The notes beneath the pieces are model-generated. The model was not told where the DNA came from, ran no database searches, and saw nothing but the letters and a program-made list of their open reading frames with translations. 64,000 nt of DNA from an uncultured Eubacteriales bacterium (GTDB taxonomy: Bacteria; Actinomycetota; Coriobacteriia; Anaerosomatales; JAUVQN01): positions 16,861 to 80,860 of the forward strand of contig CAYOSP010000001.1 of NCBI GenBank assembly GCA_964406675.1. The letters run 5' to 3'. Position numbers and translations under genes: made by a program. Positions 49,054-57,543 of the stretch are shown one piece after another (position 1 is the first letter of the stretch; the number at the start of each line of letters is the position of its first letter).

Positions 49054-49081
49054 ATTCTAACACCGCGCATACGCCCGACAA
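49054..49081 (-). promoter_or_regulatory. Candidate promoter for tRNA-Gly (-35 TTGTCG, 16-nt spacer, -10 TAGAAT)
   Basis: Read on the minus strand, the -10 hexamer ends 19 nt upstream of the mature tRNA 5-prime end. Confidence 0.5.
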
Positions 49082-49175
49082 GCCCGCTCGCCCGGAGCGG
49101 CGGGGGGGCCGGGAGGGAGCCCTGCCCGCAGTCCCGTGGCGAGCCGCGGAGCGGCGGGACGTGGACCGCCCGAGT

Positions 49176-49281
49176 GCGGGGACCGGGAGGGGGCGCGCCC
49201 GCAGTTCCGCAGCGAGGGTCGCCGCACAGCGGCGGCCCGAGCGAGGACTGTCTGAGGACGGCGCCCCCTCCCGGTCCCCGC
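49176..49281. repeat. 21-bp perfect inverted repeat enclosing a structured 64-nt loop, immediately downstream of trkA
   Basis: GCGGGGACCGGGAGGGGGCGC (49176-49196) pairs with 49261-49281. An inner 9-bp hairpin (GGTCGCCGC-ACA-GCGGCGGCC) is present. A roughly 55-nt diverged direct copy of the left half lies at about 49108-49165. Confidence 0.65.
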
Positions 49282-49285
49282 CACG

Positions 49286-49951
49286 TCACTCGCCGGTGAG
49301 CGCCTTGACGAGCGCCTTCTCGTGCTCCGTCTTGGTGAACGCGATCACCGTGTCGCCCGGCTCGAACTCGGTCTCACCGTGGACGGTCACGATCTCGTCC
49401 TCTCGCACGAGCGCGATCAGGATGCAGTCCACCGGCAGGTCCAACTCCCTGACCTGCGTGTTGCACACCACGCAGCGATCGGTCGGCAGCTCCACCTCGA
49501 CGATCGCCATGTTCCCTTTGCGCAGGGAGATCAGCGTACGCAGGTCGCCGAAGGTAGCCTCCTCCTCGATGAGCCGCGAGATGATGGTCGTCGAGGAGAC
49601 GGCCTCGATGCCGAGCACGTTGAAGATACGCTCGTTGCTCGGGTTGTTCACGCGAGCGACGAGGCGGTCGACGCCGAAGGCGACACGGGCGAGCTGGCAG
49701 GCCACGAGATTGTCGTCGTCGTCACCGGTCACGGCGGCGAACACGTCCGCGCGCGAGGTGCCGGCGTCCTCCTGGAACTGCACGTCGCAACCGTCTCCCA
49801 GGATGACGAGCGCCTCGTCGGGCAGTTCGCCGGCGAGCTTCTTGGCCACCTGCTCGCGCTTCTCGATGATGGCCACCTCGTGGCCGTGCTCGAGGAGCGT
49901 GCGGGCCAGGTACGAGCCCACCTTGCCTCCGCCGTTGATCACGATGTACAC
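49286..49951 (-). CDS. trkA: TrkA/KtrA-type K+ transport regulatory protein (RCK N and C domains)
   Basis: Track ORF of 221 aa with MYIVINGGGKVGSYLA plus a TrkA_C domain. Confidence 0.88.
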   Translation of the reverse strand: MYIVINGGGKVGSYLARTLLEHGHEVAIIEKREQVAKKLAGELPDEALVILGDGCDVQFQEDAGTSRADVFAAVTGDDDDNLVACQLARVAFGVDRLVARVNNPSNERIFNVLGIEAVSSTTIISRLIEEEATFGDLRTLISLRKGNMAIVEVELPTDRCVVCNTQVRELDLPVDCILIALVREDEIVTVHGETEFEPGDTVIAFTKTEHEKALVKALTGE

Positions 49952-49954
49952 GCT

Positions 49955-50596
49955 CTAGTCCTCCATGTAGCGCTGGATCCTGCCGAACGCGTCCTCTTTG
50001 ACGGCGGCTGTGATGATGTCGCCCCTCTGGAGCTGCGTCTCCGCCTCCGGCACGAACGTCTCCTTGCCGCGGATGACCGCGCTGACCCTGAAACGGCGGT
50101 CGATCTCGATGTCCCTCACGCGCTTGCCCTGGACCTGCTTGCTCGCCATGAACTCGATGATCTCGACGTCACCCATATTGGTGAGGTGGTGACCATGGCC
50201 GGCGAGTATCTTCTCGAGGAGCGATCGGGCGACCATCGACGTCCCGCTCACGTGATCCAGGTCCAGCTGCTGGTAGGTGCGCTCCCGGTCGGGGTTGTAG
50301 AGGCGCGCCACCACGTGCTTCACGTCGAAGAGCTTCCGCGCCACCTCGGCGGTCATGAGGTTCGTGTTGTCCAGATCGGTCACCGCGGCGAGGGCGTCGG
50401 CCCCGCGGGTGCCCACGGAGCTGAGCACCTCCTCGTCGAAACCGACACCGACCACCGTGAGCCCGTTGAACGCCGTGCCGAGACGCCGGAAGGCGCCCGC
50501 GTCCCTGTCGATGACCACGACGTCGTGGCCCTCCACGGAGAGCATCGTCGCGAGCTGAGAGCCTACGCGACCGCAGCCGACCACGATCACATACAT
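49955..50596 (-). CDS. trkA: TrkA/KtrA-type K+ transport regulatory protein (second paralog)
   Basis: Trimmed to MYVIVVGCGRVGSQLA (ATG 50596, GGGAGG upstream). Confidence 0.88.
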   Translation of the reverse strand: MYVIVVGCGRVGSQLATMLSVEGHDVVVIDRDAGAFRRLGTAFNGLTVVGVGFDEEVLSSVGTRGADALAAVTDLDNTNLMTAEVARKLFDVKHVVARLYNPDRERTYQQLDLDHVSGTSMVARSLLEKILAGHGHHLTNMGDVEIIEFMASKQVQGKRVRDIEIDRRFRVSAVIRGKETFVPEAETQLQRGDIITAAVKEDAFGRIQRYMED

Positions 50597-50660
50597 GTGC
50601 TGACCTCCCATAACCGCCCAAAGGCGGACCAAATCAAGCTACGCCGCACCGGTGTGGGTG

Positions 50661-51362
50661 TCAAACCCGCTCCGCGGACCCCTCTTGCTCGGCACGTCGA
50701 CGCAGACGCGTGCCGAGCGACAGCAGCCCGCTCCCGCCGAGCGCCGTCAGCGCGGCCCACGACAGCGCCGAGACCGCCCAGAAACGGAGCGGGAAGAGCC
50801 GGATCAGCAGGGAATCCGCGGGGAACGTCCAGGTACCCGCCTCGAAGAGGATCGAGTGGAAGCCGGAGAAGACGGCCTCGAAGTCGACCAGCCCGGCCAC
50901 CGCGACCAGAGCGAGCAGGACGAGGCTCGCCGCACCGCCCGCGCGCAGACCCGCCGCCAACCGCTCACGCTCGCGGCGGGAGAGGCGCACGACGAGCCAC
51001 GTCGCGAGCAGGGCCGCGGCGATCCCTGTCGCCGCCCGTCCCCCGGCGATGACCGCCCGGACGTCCTCCAGATGCGACACCGCGTCCGCGCTGAAGCCCT
51101 CGCGCCCGTCGACCCTGACCGGCAGCGGCTCGGCGTCCGGCTCGGTCACGTACGCGCGCACCGACTCGGCCAGATCCAGAGCGCCCCCCTCGTCGACGCC
51201 CGCGTCCTTCCAGACCTCGAGGGCGGAAGCGAGGGTGCTCGTGTACCCGGGGGAGGTGAGCACCATCAGACCGAGACCCGCGATCACGAGCAGGCAGCAC
51301 GCCGCCACGGCGGCCGTCTCGACGTACAGGAGCGGTCGGCGGAGTGCCGACAGGGAGGTCAC
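50661..51362 (-). CDS. DUF1461/TIGR01906-like integral membrane protein
   Basis: Track ORF of 233 aa with the motifs HLEDVRAVI and FSGFHSILFEAGTWTFPADSLLIRLFPLRFW. The family assignment is from memory. Confidence 0.65.
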   Translation of the reverse strand: MTSLSALRRPLLYVETAAVAACCLLVIAGLGLMVLTSPGYTSTLASALEVWKDAGVDEGGALDLAESVRAYVTEPDAEPLPVRVDGREGFSADAVSHLEDVRAVIAGGRAATGIAAALLATWLVVRLSRRERERLAAGLRAGGAASLVLLALVAVAGLVDFEAVFSGFHSILFEAGTWTFPADSLLIRLFPLRFWAVSALSWAALTALGGSGLLSLGTRLRRRAEQEGSAERV

Positions 51363-52621
51363 GAGGCGGCCGCCTCCGGCTCGCGGTCGAGCGAACCGGC
51401 GGTCACGACGCGGTTCCCGCCCGACTCGGATGCCGCGGCGAGCGCTCGATCGGCCGCGCTCAACAGCCCGTCGGCGGTGGCGCCGTCACCGGGATAGGCC
51501 GCGACACCGAGGCTCAACGTCACCGTCTTCCCGCCGAGACTGAATCGCTCGGCACGCCGGCGGAACGCCTCCGCGAGCGACACCAGCCGTCCCTCGAAGG
51601 CTTCCTCGTCATGCTCGTCCGAGAGCTCGGGCACCACCATGGCGAACTCCTCGCCGCCGAAGCGGCAGAGCACGTCGAGCTCGCTCTCGGCATCGCCCTG
51701 TTCCTTCAACGCTTCGCGCAGCTCGCGAGCCAGCGCGGCGAGCATACGGTTCCCTTCCCGGAAGCCGAACATCCTGTTGAAGCGTCCGAAGCGGTGGATG
51801 TCCATGAGCACGACGCCCACCGAGCCTCCCGCGTGGGCCGCTCGTGCGACCTCGGTCTCGAGGGCGTCGCGGAAGTAGCTGCGGTTGTAGAGCATCGTGC
51901 AGCCGTCGATCATCGAACGCTCCGCCATCGCCGACTCGCGCGAGCGGATCGCGTTCATCATGAGGGTGCCGATGACCGCGGTACCGGCCATCATGGTGAC
52001 CGCCCACAACCCGCGCACCGCGACGTAGGGAGCCTCGGTGTGGAGGTCGTTGCTCACGAAGGGCATCGCCACCGGATCCAGCACGCCGAAGTACTCCAGC
52101 GCGAGGATCCCCACGTAGATGAGCGCCGCGAACCCGGCGACGATCCAGATGTCCCTCCCCTGCGGCAGTATGAACGCCGCCTCCAGGATGAACAGCAGGA
52201 ACATCGCGTGGAACCAGGAGTAGACACCCCCGCTGTAGTGGATGAGGACGGCCACGACGAGCACGTCGAACAGGAGTTGCGCGTGGTTCAGCACGGCGAC
52301 GTTGCCGAACCGCGTGTACGTGATCGAGTAGAAGGTGTTGTAGACGAGGACGAACACGAGCGCGGCCGCCGGCACGGTCATGTTCGAGCGGAGGTCCTCG
52401 AGGGGTATGGTGGAGGTGTACACCGCGGCGGCCGCCACGCTGAACAGTACCAGCACCACGACCAGCGCCCAGCGGACGCGGATCACCAGCCCGACGCGAC
52501 GGATGTTCGCGTCCAGCGCTTCGATGTCGTGCTGTGTCGGCTCCTCGCGCCAGAGCACCCGGCATCCTCTGCCGAGCCTCTTGGCGAGCCGGAGCGGGCT
52601 CAGGTTGCTCGCGATTCCCAC
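51359..52621 (-). CDS. Membrane-anchored diguanylate cyclase (GGDEF domain with a GGEEF active site)
   Basis: GTG 52621 lies 7 nt after GGGAGG. About 6 TM helices are followed by DGCTMLYNRSYF...RFGGEEFAMV...SLGVAAYP. Confidence 0.8.
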   Translation of the reverse strand: MGIASNLSPLRLAKRLGRGCRVLWREEPTQHDIEALDANIRRVGLVIRVRWALVVVLVLFSVAAAAVYTSTIPLEDLRSNMTVPAAALVFVLVYNTFYSITYTRFGNVAVLNHAQLLFDVLVVAVLIHYSGGVYSWFHAMFLLFILEAAFILPQGRDIWIVAGFAALIYVGILALEYFGVLDPVAMPFVSNDLHTEAPYVAVRGLWAVTMMAGTAVIGTLMMNAIRSRESAMAERSMIDGCTMLYNRSYFRDALETEVARAAHAGGSVGVVLMDIHRFGRFNRMFGFREGNRMLAALARELREALKEQGDAESELDVLCRFGGEEFAMVVPELSDEHDEEAFEGRLVSLAEAFRRRAERFSLGGKTVTLSLGVAAYPGDGATADGLLSAADRALAAASESGGNRVVTAGSLDREPEAAAS

Positions 52622-52733
52622 GTGCGGGCCTCCCGGCAGTGTGAGGTCCTGCTGCGCCTGCAGAAGTGTACGCTTCGCCGATGTGCCCCTGCAAACCGCG
52701 TGCGGGGAGCGCGGGGGCCTTATACTGAGCGGC

Positions 52734-53699
52734 ATGCCGATGACACGGGACCTCGCATCGCTGGACGGCGCCCTCGCGCTCCTCGCCACGCTCGGGGAAC
52801 CCGTCGGCTGGGTGCTCGCCGCGCTCGCGATCGTCCTGGCCGCCTGCTCACTCGTATCCTCGCTCCGGCCGTACCGCGACCCGGTGCTGTGGGCGCTCAC
52901 CGGGCTCCTGGTCGCCGGCGAGGGCCTGCTCATGTGGTTCCATTGGAGGGTCTGGGCGGCGACCGAGCTCATCGACCCGCTGAGCGGCGCTCGCACCGGG
53001 CGTATCGCGGCCCCGCTGTGGGTCGAATCGGAGAAGCTGTACGTGTGGGCGCTCATCCTCGCGATCATGTTCGCCCTCGCGCGTCGCCACCGTGACGAGA
53101 TCGCGCCGTGGATCGGACCGCTGCTCGCGGCGCTCGTGATCGGCGGCGTGTTCTGGTACGAGCCGTTCACCCGGCCGCTGCCCGACCTCATCGCGCAGTA
53201 CCGCACGTACGCCACGGCCATGATCACGGGGGACGCGAACACGGCGGTCGGGCTCTTCCAGTCCCTCGAGGGCAGCAGGCGCTTCTACTACAACACCTGG
53301 TACATGTGGGTGCACCCGCCACTGCTCTTCCTCTCGTACGGCGCATTCACCATGTCGTTCGCCGCGCTCACCGCGATGATCGCCCGGCGCCGGCAGTCGT
53401 TCGAGGAGACCGCCTACCGCTGGGCGAGGTGGGGCTACCTCCCGCTGACCGCCGGCATGCTGCTGGGCTTCCCCTGGGCGATCATGGCCTGGGGCGGCGA
53501 GGCCTGGTGGTGGTCCGGCAAGGTCAACATGTCGATCATGATGTGGCTGCTCTACACCGCCTACCTCCACGGCCGCCTGTACCTACGCCGCCGCGGCATG
53601 TGGAAGGTCGTCGCCGCGCTCGGCGTGCTCTCGTTCGTCGCGCTCGTGCTCACGTACGTCGCCACGTACGTCGTGCCGGGCGCCCATTCGGTGGCGTGA
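52734..53699 (+). CDS. Cytochrome c assembly protein family (CcsA/HemX-like) membrane protein
   Basis: ATG 52734. A Trp-rich motif (FPWAIMAWGGEAWWWSGKVN) and the conserved His context (LLYTAYLHGR) are present. A TATACT ends 7 nt upstream of the ATG, which suggests a possible leaderless mRNA. Confidence 0.7.
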   Translation: MPMTRDLASLDGALALLATLGEPVGWVLAALAIVLAACSLVSSLRPYRDPVLWALTGLLVAGEGLLMWFHWRVWAATELIDPLSGARTGRIAAPLWVESEKLYVWALILAIMFALARRHRDEIAPWIGPLLAALVIGGVFWYEPFTRPLPDLIAQYRTYATAMITGDANTAVGLFQSLEGSRRFYYNTWYMWVHPPLLFLSYGAFTMSFAALTAMIARRRQSFEETAYRWARWGYLPLTAGMLLGFPWAIMAWGGEAWWWSGKVNMSIMMWLLYTAYLHGRLYLRRRGMWKVVAALGVLSFVALVLTYVATYVVPGAHSVA

Positions 53700-53710
53700 G
53701 GGGAGGGGCG

Positions 53711-54325
53711 ATGTCCGGGTCGGAGGAGAGGACGAGCGGATCGCGCGGTTGGGACTACTGGCTCATGACGGCGACGGTCGGACTGCTCGGCGCGCTGGGG
53801 CTCCAGTCCTTCGTCGGGACGCTGTACGCGTGGTGGGCATACCGGAACGTGCAGGGCTTCGAACAGGTCGGCTACGGCGCGTTCGTCTCCGTCATGAACG
53901 CGATCGCCGCCCCGTTGGTGATCGTCCTCGTCGTCGTGCTCGGGCTGTGCGTACCCAAGCGCATCCTCTCCCGCGACGCGCTCCTGTGGACGTCGGCGGC
54001 GATGGTCGGTATCGGCGTGCTCGGCTGGCTGGTCACGGGGGATGCGACGGCCGGTCTCGCCGTCTACCTCGTCGCGGCGGCGGCGCTGCAGCTCGTGGTC
54101 GTGTTCCTCACGGCGAAGAGCGCACGCGAGCTCGACTACCTCACCGAGGGACGCGTGACACGGCTCGGCTCCGCGCTGCTGCACCTCGGCTTCATCGTGT
54201 TCGTCTTCGTGGTGGTGGCGCTGCAGGAGTCGGCCCTGCTGCTGCCGGTCTTCTACGCCGGGGCGATCCTGCTCGTCGCGGGCAGCGCGATGTCCTTCTG
54301 GGCGGGCAAGCTGGTGGGGCGGTAG
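53711..54325 (+). CDS. Hypothetical polytopic membrane protein
   Basis: ATG 53711 follows GGGGAGGGG. About 6 hydrophobic helices are present and I recognise no family. Confidence 0.55.
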   Translation: MSGSEERTSGSRGWDYWLMTATVGLLGALGLQSFVGTLYAWWAYRNVQGFEQVGYGAFVSVMNAIAAPLVIVLVVVLGLCVPKRILSRDALLWTSAAMVGIGVLGWLVTGDATAGLAVYLVAAAALQLVVVFLTAKSARELDYLTEGRVTRLGSALLHLGFIVFVFVVVALQESALLLPVFYAGAILLVAGSAMSFWAGKLVGR

Positions 54326-54359
54326 GTCGCGCTCGAAGCTCGCCGTCCGGGTTCGCCGC

Positions 54360-56195
54360 TCAGAGTTCGCGGATGATCCCCAGCGCCATGTCGGCGGCGC
54401 GGTCCAGGTTCTCCGGCTCCACGACGTCGACCGTGTCCGTCTCCCAGTGCCAGTGCGGGAGCCGCGAGTTGACGTCGAACGCCATGATGCTCATGGCGCG
54501 ATGGCCTCTCGCGAGCGCGGGGGTCGCGTCGGTGGAGAGCCCCCGGTAGGGGCGCCCCTTCACCGGCCACTCGCGCGCCCGCGCCAGGCGGCGGGCCGCG
54601 CCGGTGAGCCGCCGGTCGGCGGACAGCGTCCACGCCATCCCCTCGCTGGTCACCCAGACCACCGTGCCGACTCCGACGTTGTCGAGGTTGATGATGACCG
54701 AGCCGCGCAGCTCGTCGCCGTACCTCTCGAGGAAGACCTTCATGCCCCGGGTGCCGACCTCCTCCGCGCCGGTGGCGACGAACCAGAGCTCCTTCTCGGC
54801 CAGCTCCCGGTCCGTGCGCTGCGTGACCCGCTGCCGGATCCTCGCCGCGAGGTCGCCCGCGTATCGAGGGTCGGCGAAGTCCGGTCCGGCCGAGCCGCCC
54901 TTCTCTCCTCGCGGCGGCCCGTCGCCCTCGTCGTCGCGCCCACCCCCGGCGCCCTCCTCGCCACCGGTGCCCTCCTCGCCACCGGTGCCCTCCTCGCCAC
55001 CGGCCTCGTCCTCGAACGCCTCCCACGAGCCGATCTTGCGCCCCTCTGCGCGCACGTCGAACCCGTCGCCGACGCCGAGCCAGTCGCCGAGGCCGTCGCC
55101 GAAGTCGAACCGGGGCTGCTCGCGCCCCGGCTCCCGCTCGCGCCAGGCGTCGTCCTCTCCCGCATCCTCGCCCTCACGTGCGCCCGAGGGGCCCCGTCCG
55201 GTGCCCGACTCGTCCTCGCCGTAGCCGCTCCGGTAGTCGTCCTCGTAGCCACCCGGCACCGACGCGGGCGAGTAGGTGAGCACCGCGTCCTCGGGAGGAT
55301 CGCCCGGCCCGGGCGTCGCGGGGGGTACCCGCCCGGGCGTCGCCTCCGGTGACGGTGAGGGCGCCGAGCCGGTCCCGGTGGGGGTGTCGGCGGGTGCATC
55401 GACGCGAGCCTCCGCGGCGGTGTCCGCGGGCGCGCCCTCGAGCAGCCACTCGTCCGTGCGCGTGCGCTCCTTCTGAGGACCCTCCGGCACGCAGCGGCGC
55501 ATGGCCTCGAGCATCGCCGCGACACCGGACGCGTTGTCGTTCGCCCCGTCGACGAAGTCCATCAGCAGCTCGCGGTGTACGTTGATGAGCAGCGGCACGA
55601 GCAGGTAGGCCGCGGGCACGAGGGTCGCGTACCAGAGCCAGGGCTGGAGCGTGTCCACGAAGGCGAGCGGGAGCGCCGCGACCAGGCACAGCACCGCCAC
55701 CAGGACGGTCGACCACTTCATGAGCCCGAACGAGACGTTGAAGCCGCCCACCATCGATGGGTGGAACGCGAGGGACGACCTCGCCGAGTCGTAGTGCGCG
55801 ACGATGACGACCTTACGGGCGGTCTCGCCCCTGCGCAGCCGCGGGACGTGTCGCGCGATCACGTTCTGGGAGGGCCCCTTCGGCATGAGTGAGGTGAGGC
55901 CGAAGTACGTGGCGAGGTCGGAGAACATGAGTCCGGCGGTGAGTACCGCGAGGACGGCCGCCGGCGCCGGGTAGAAGCCGGCGAGCACGGCGGCGGCGAT
56001 CGACAGCACGTGGTACGCGACGTACGCCCACGAGTAGGTCCTCGGGCTGAGGAAGTCCTGCCGCTCCACCTCCAGGGCGTGCTCCCGGAAGACGCTCTCG
56101 ATGTAGTCGGCCGCTTCGGCCTCGGCGTCCGTCGTCGCCGGTCGAGGGCCGATCCGCCCTGCCAGCTCGCGGACGTGCTGCATCGCCTCGCTCAT
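54360..56195 (-). CDS. M28-family metallopeptidase with inserted TM helices and a long acidic/Gly-rich disordered insert
   Basis: Motifs are VVIVAHYDS, DGANDNASGVAAMLE, FVATGAEEVGTRG, IINLDNVG and HWHWETDT. ATG 56195 follows GGAGGG; the track uses GTG 56210. Confidence 0.8.
   Translation of the reverse strand: MSEAMQHVRELAGRIGPRPATTDAEAEAADYIESVFREHALEVERQDFLSPRTYSWAYVAYHVLSIAAAVLAGFYPAPAAVLAVLTAGLMFSDLATYFGLTSLMPKGPSQNVIARHVPRLRRGETARKVVIVAHYDSARSSLAFHPSMVGGFNVSFGLMKWSTVLVAVLCLVAALPLAFVDTLQPWLWYATLVPAAYLLVPLLINVHRELLMDFVDGANDNASGVAAMLEAMRRCVPEGPQKERTRTDEWLLEGAPADTAAEARVDAPADTPTGTGSAPSPSPEATPGRVPPATPGPGDPPEDAVLTYSPASVPGGYEDDYRSGYGEDESGTGRGPSGAREGEDAGEDDAWREREPGREQPRFDFGDGLGDWLGVGDGFDVRAEGRKIGSWEAFEDEAGGEEGTGGEEGTGGEEGAGGGRDDEGDGPPRGEKGGSAGPDFADPRYAGDLAARIRQRVTQRTDRELAEKELWFVATGAEEVGTRGMKVFLERYGDELRGSVIINLDNVGVGTVVWVTSEGMAWTLSADRRLTGAARRLARAREWPVKGRPYRGLSTDATPALARGHRAMSIMAFDVNSRLPHWHWETDTVDVVEPENLDRAADMALGIIREL
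54951..55004. repeat. 18-nt in-frame tandem repeat x3 (encodes GGEEGT repeats)
   Basis: The unit gccctcctcgccaccggt occurs at 54951, 54969 and 54987, the last with one mismatch. Confidence 0.9.
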
Positions 56196-56294
56196 GGGTC
56201 CCTCCACCACGGTCGGCGTCCATGCCCATACTACGGCAGTCGACCCGTGGGAGGCAGGGGTAGTGCGAAGGCGACGGCGATCCTCCGTATGCCG

Positions 56295-56681
56295 CTACCC
56301 GTGGATGAGCGTGGGCAGGCAGCGCGTGCACACCCACGTGCTCGTGCCCGACGTGCGCACGGGCAGGAGGACCGCTTCGTCCTCGCTCCGGTCGCACCGC
56401 CGGCAGCGCTGGGGGATGTAGCTCGCGGCGCGCTTCTCCATCTCGGCCTCGGCCGCGTCGTGGTCGAACGCGGGCGCCTCGCGCTCCTCGATGGTGAGCG
56501 CGCCTCTCGGGCAGACACCCAAGCAGAAACCGGCGCCGTCGCAGAGCTCCTCGCGCACCACGCGCGCCTTGCCGTCCACGATCTCGATGGCGCCCTCGGC
56601 GCACGGGCTCACGCACGCACCGCACCCGTCGCAGAGCGCCTCGTCGATCCTCACGATCTGTCTCGTCACGGTACGGCTCAC
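56295..56681 (-). CDS. 2x[4Fe-4S] ferredoxin with a CxxC...CxxC C-terminal extension
   Basis: GTG 56681 follows GAGGAGGG. The cluster motifs are CDGCGACVSPC and CDGAGFCLGVCP. The tail reads RCRRCD...VCTRC. Confidence 0.8.
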   Translation of the reverse strand: MSRTVTRQIVRIDEALCDGCGACVSPCAEGAIEIVDGKARVVREELCDGAGFCLGVCPRGALTIEEREAPAFDHDAAEAEMEKRAASYIPQRCRRCDRSEDEAVLLPVRTSGTSTWVCTRCLPTLIHG

Positions 56682-56743
56682 GTCGTCCCTCCTCGTGGCG
56701 AAGTCTCGTGGGCAGACCTTAGCGAGGCGTGGGAAGATGCACC

Positions 56744-56757
56744 TTGACCGACGTCAA
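56744..56757. promoter_or_regulatory. Perfect FNR/CRP-family box TTGAC-N4-GTCAA in the ferredoxin / crp-fnr divergent intergenic region
   Basis: The sequence ttgaccgacgtcaa is a perfect 14-bp palindrome. It lies 63 nt from the ferredoxin GTG and 16 nt from the regulator's candidate TTG start. Confidence 0.6.
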
Positions 56758-56772
56758 GACGGGGAGGCGGCA

Positions 56773-57480
56773 TTGTCCGAGAGGAGCACGACACCCCGGG
56801 CCGTCCTGGGCGAGAGCGCGCTGCTGCGCGGCTTCAGCGCGGAGGCGCTCGACCGGCTCGCGGCGTCGGCTCGCGCCGAACGTTTCGACCGCGGCTCGCT
56901 CCTGATCGCCGAGGGTGAGCCCGCCGAGCGCTTCGGGGTGATCGCCGCCGGGCGCGTGAACGTGTCGCACCTGCGGCCCGACGGACGTCGGGTCGCGCTC
57001 GAGACCGCCGAGAAGGGGGAGTCGTTCGCGGCGGTCGCCGCGCTCGCCGGCGGCCGCCACCCCGCCACCGTGGAAGCGGTCACCCCCGGTACGGCGGTCT
57101 GGGTGGAGCGCGACGACCTGCTCGCCGCGATCGAGCACGAACCGGCGGCGGCCAGGGTGCTCCTCCAGGACCTCGCGAGCCGGCTCGTCCGACTCACCGA
57201 CGTGGTGCGGACCCTGTCCCTGGACGTCCCCGGGCGCCTCGCCGGCTATCTCTTCGGAAGAGCGCTCTCCGTCGGGAAGGCGACACCCTCCGGTCTCGAG
57301 GTGGACCTCGGTATGACGAAGGCCGAGCTCGCGCAGAGCCTCGGGACCGTCCCGGAGACGCTCTCGCGCGCCCTCGCCCGACTCCGTGACGAGGGCGTCC
57401 TCGAGGTCCGCGGCGGCACCGTCCTCGTGTACGACGTGAGCGCCCTCGCGAAGATGGGTTCCGGCTACGAGGAGGCCTGA
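56773..57480 (+). CDS. Crp/Fnr-family transcriptional regulator
   Basis: It has a cNMP-binding-like beta-roll (FDRGSLLIAEGEPAERFGVIAAGRV) and an HTH with an FNR-type ETLSR recognition motif. I prefer TTG 56773 (after GGGGAGG) as the start; ATG 56737 is the alternative. Confidence 0.8.
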   Translation: MSERSTTPRAVLGESALLRGFSAEALDRLAASARAERFDRGSLLIAEGEPAERFGVIAAGRVNVSHLRPDGRRVALETAEKGESFAAVAALAGGRHPATVEAVTPGTAVWVERDDLLAAIEHEPAAARVLLQDLASRLVRLTDVVRTLSLDVPGRLAGYLFGRALSVGKATPSGLEVDLGMTKAELAQSLGTVPETLSRALARLRDEGVLEVRGGTVLVYDVSALAKMGSGYEEA

Positions 57481-57497
57481 TATACTGCCTCGACGGA

Positions 57498-57517
57498 CTG
57501 ACTGACCGTTCAGTCAG
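57498..57517. promoter_or_regulatory. Candidate TetR operator (CTGACTGA-N4-TCAGTCAG) downstream of a TATACT -10-like box (57481-57486)
   Basis: Perfect 8-bp inverted arms, 27 nt upstream of the TetR GTG start. Confidence 0.55.
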
Positions 57518-57543
57518 GGATCGGGCGACGAGACGGGGACGCG

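Noticed and set aside
49176-49281. A MITE or other mobile element defined by the 21-bp inverted repeats
   Set aside because: No target-site duplication flanks the inverted repeats and no transposase is nearby. The position 4 nt after a stop codon fits a terminator-type hairpin. I keep it as a finding only because of the adjacent diverged direct copy.
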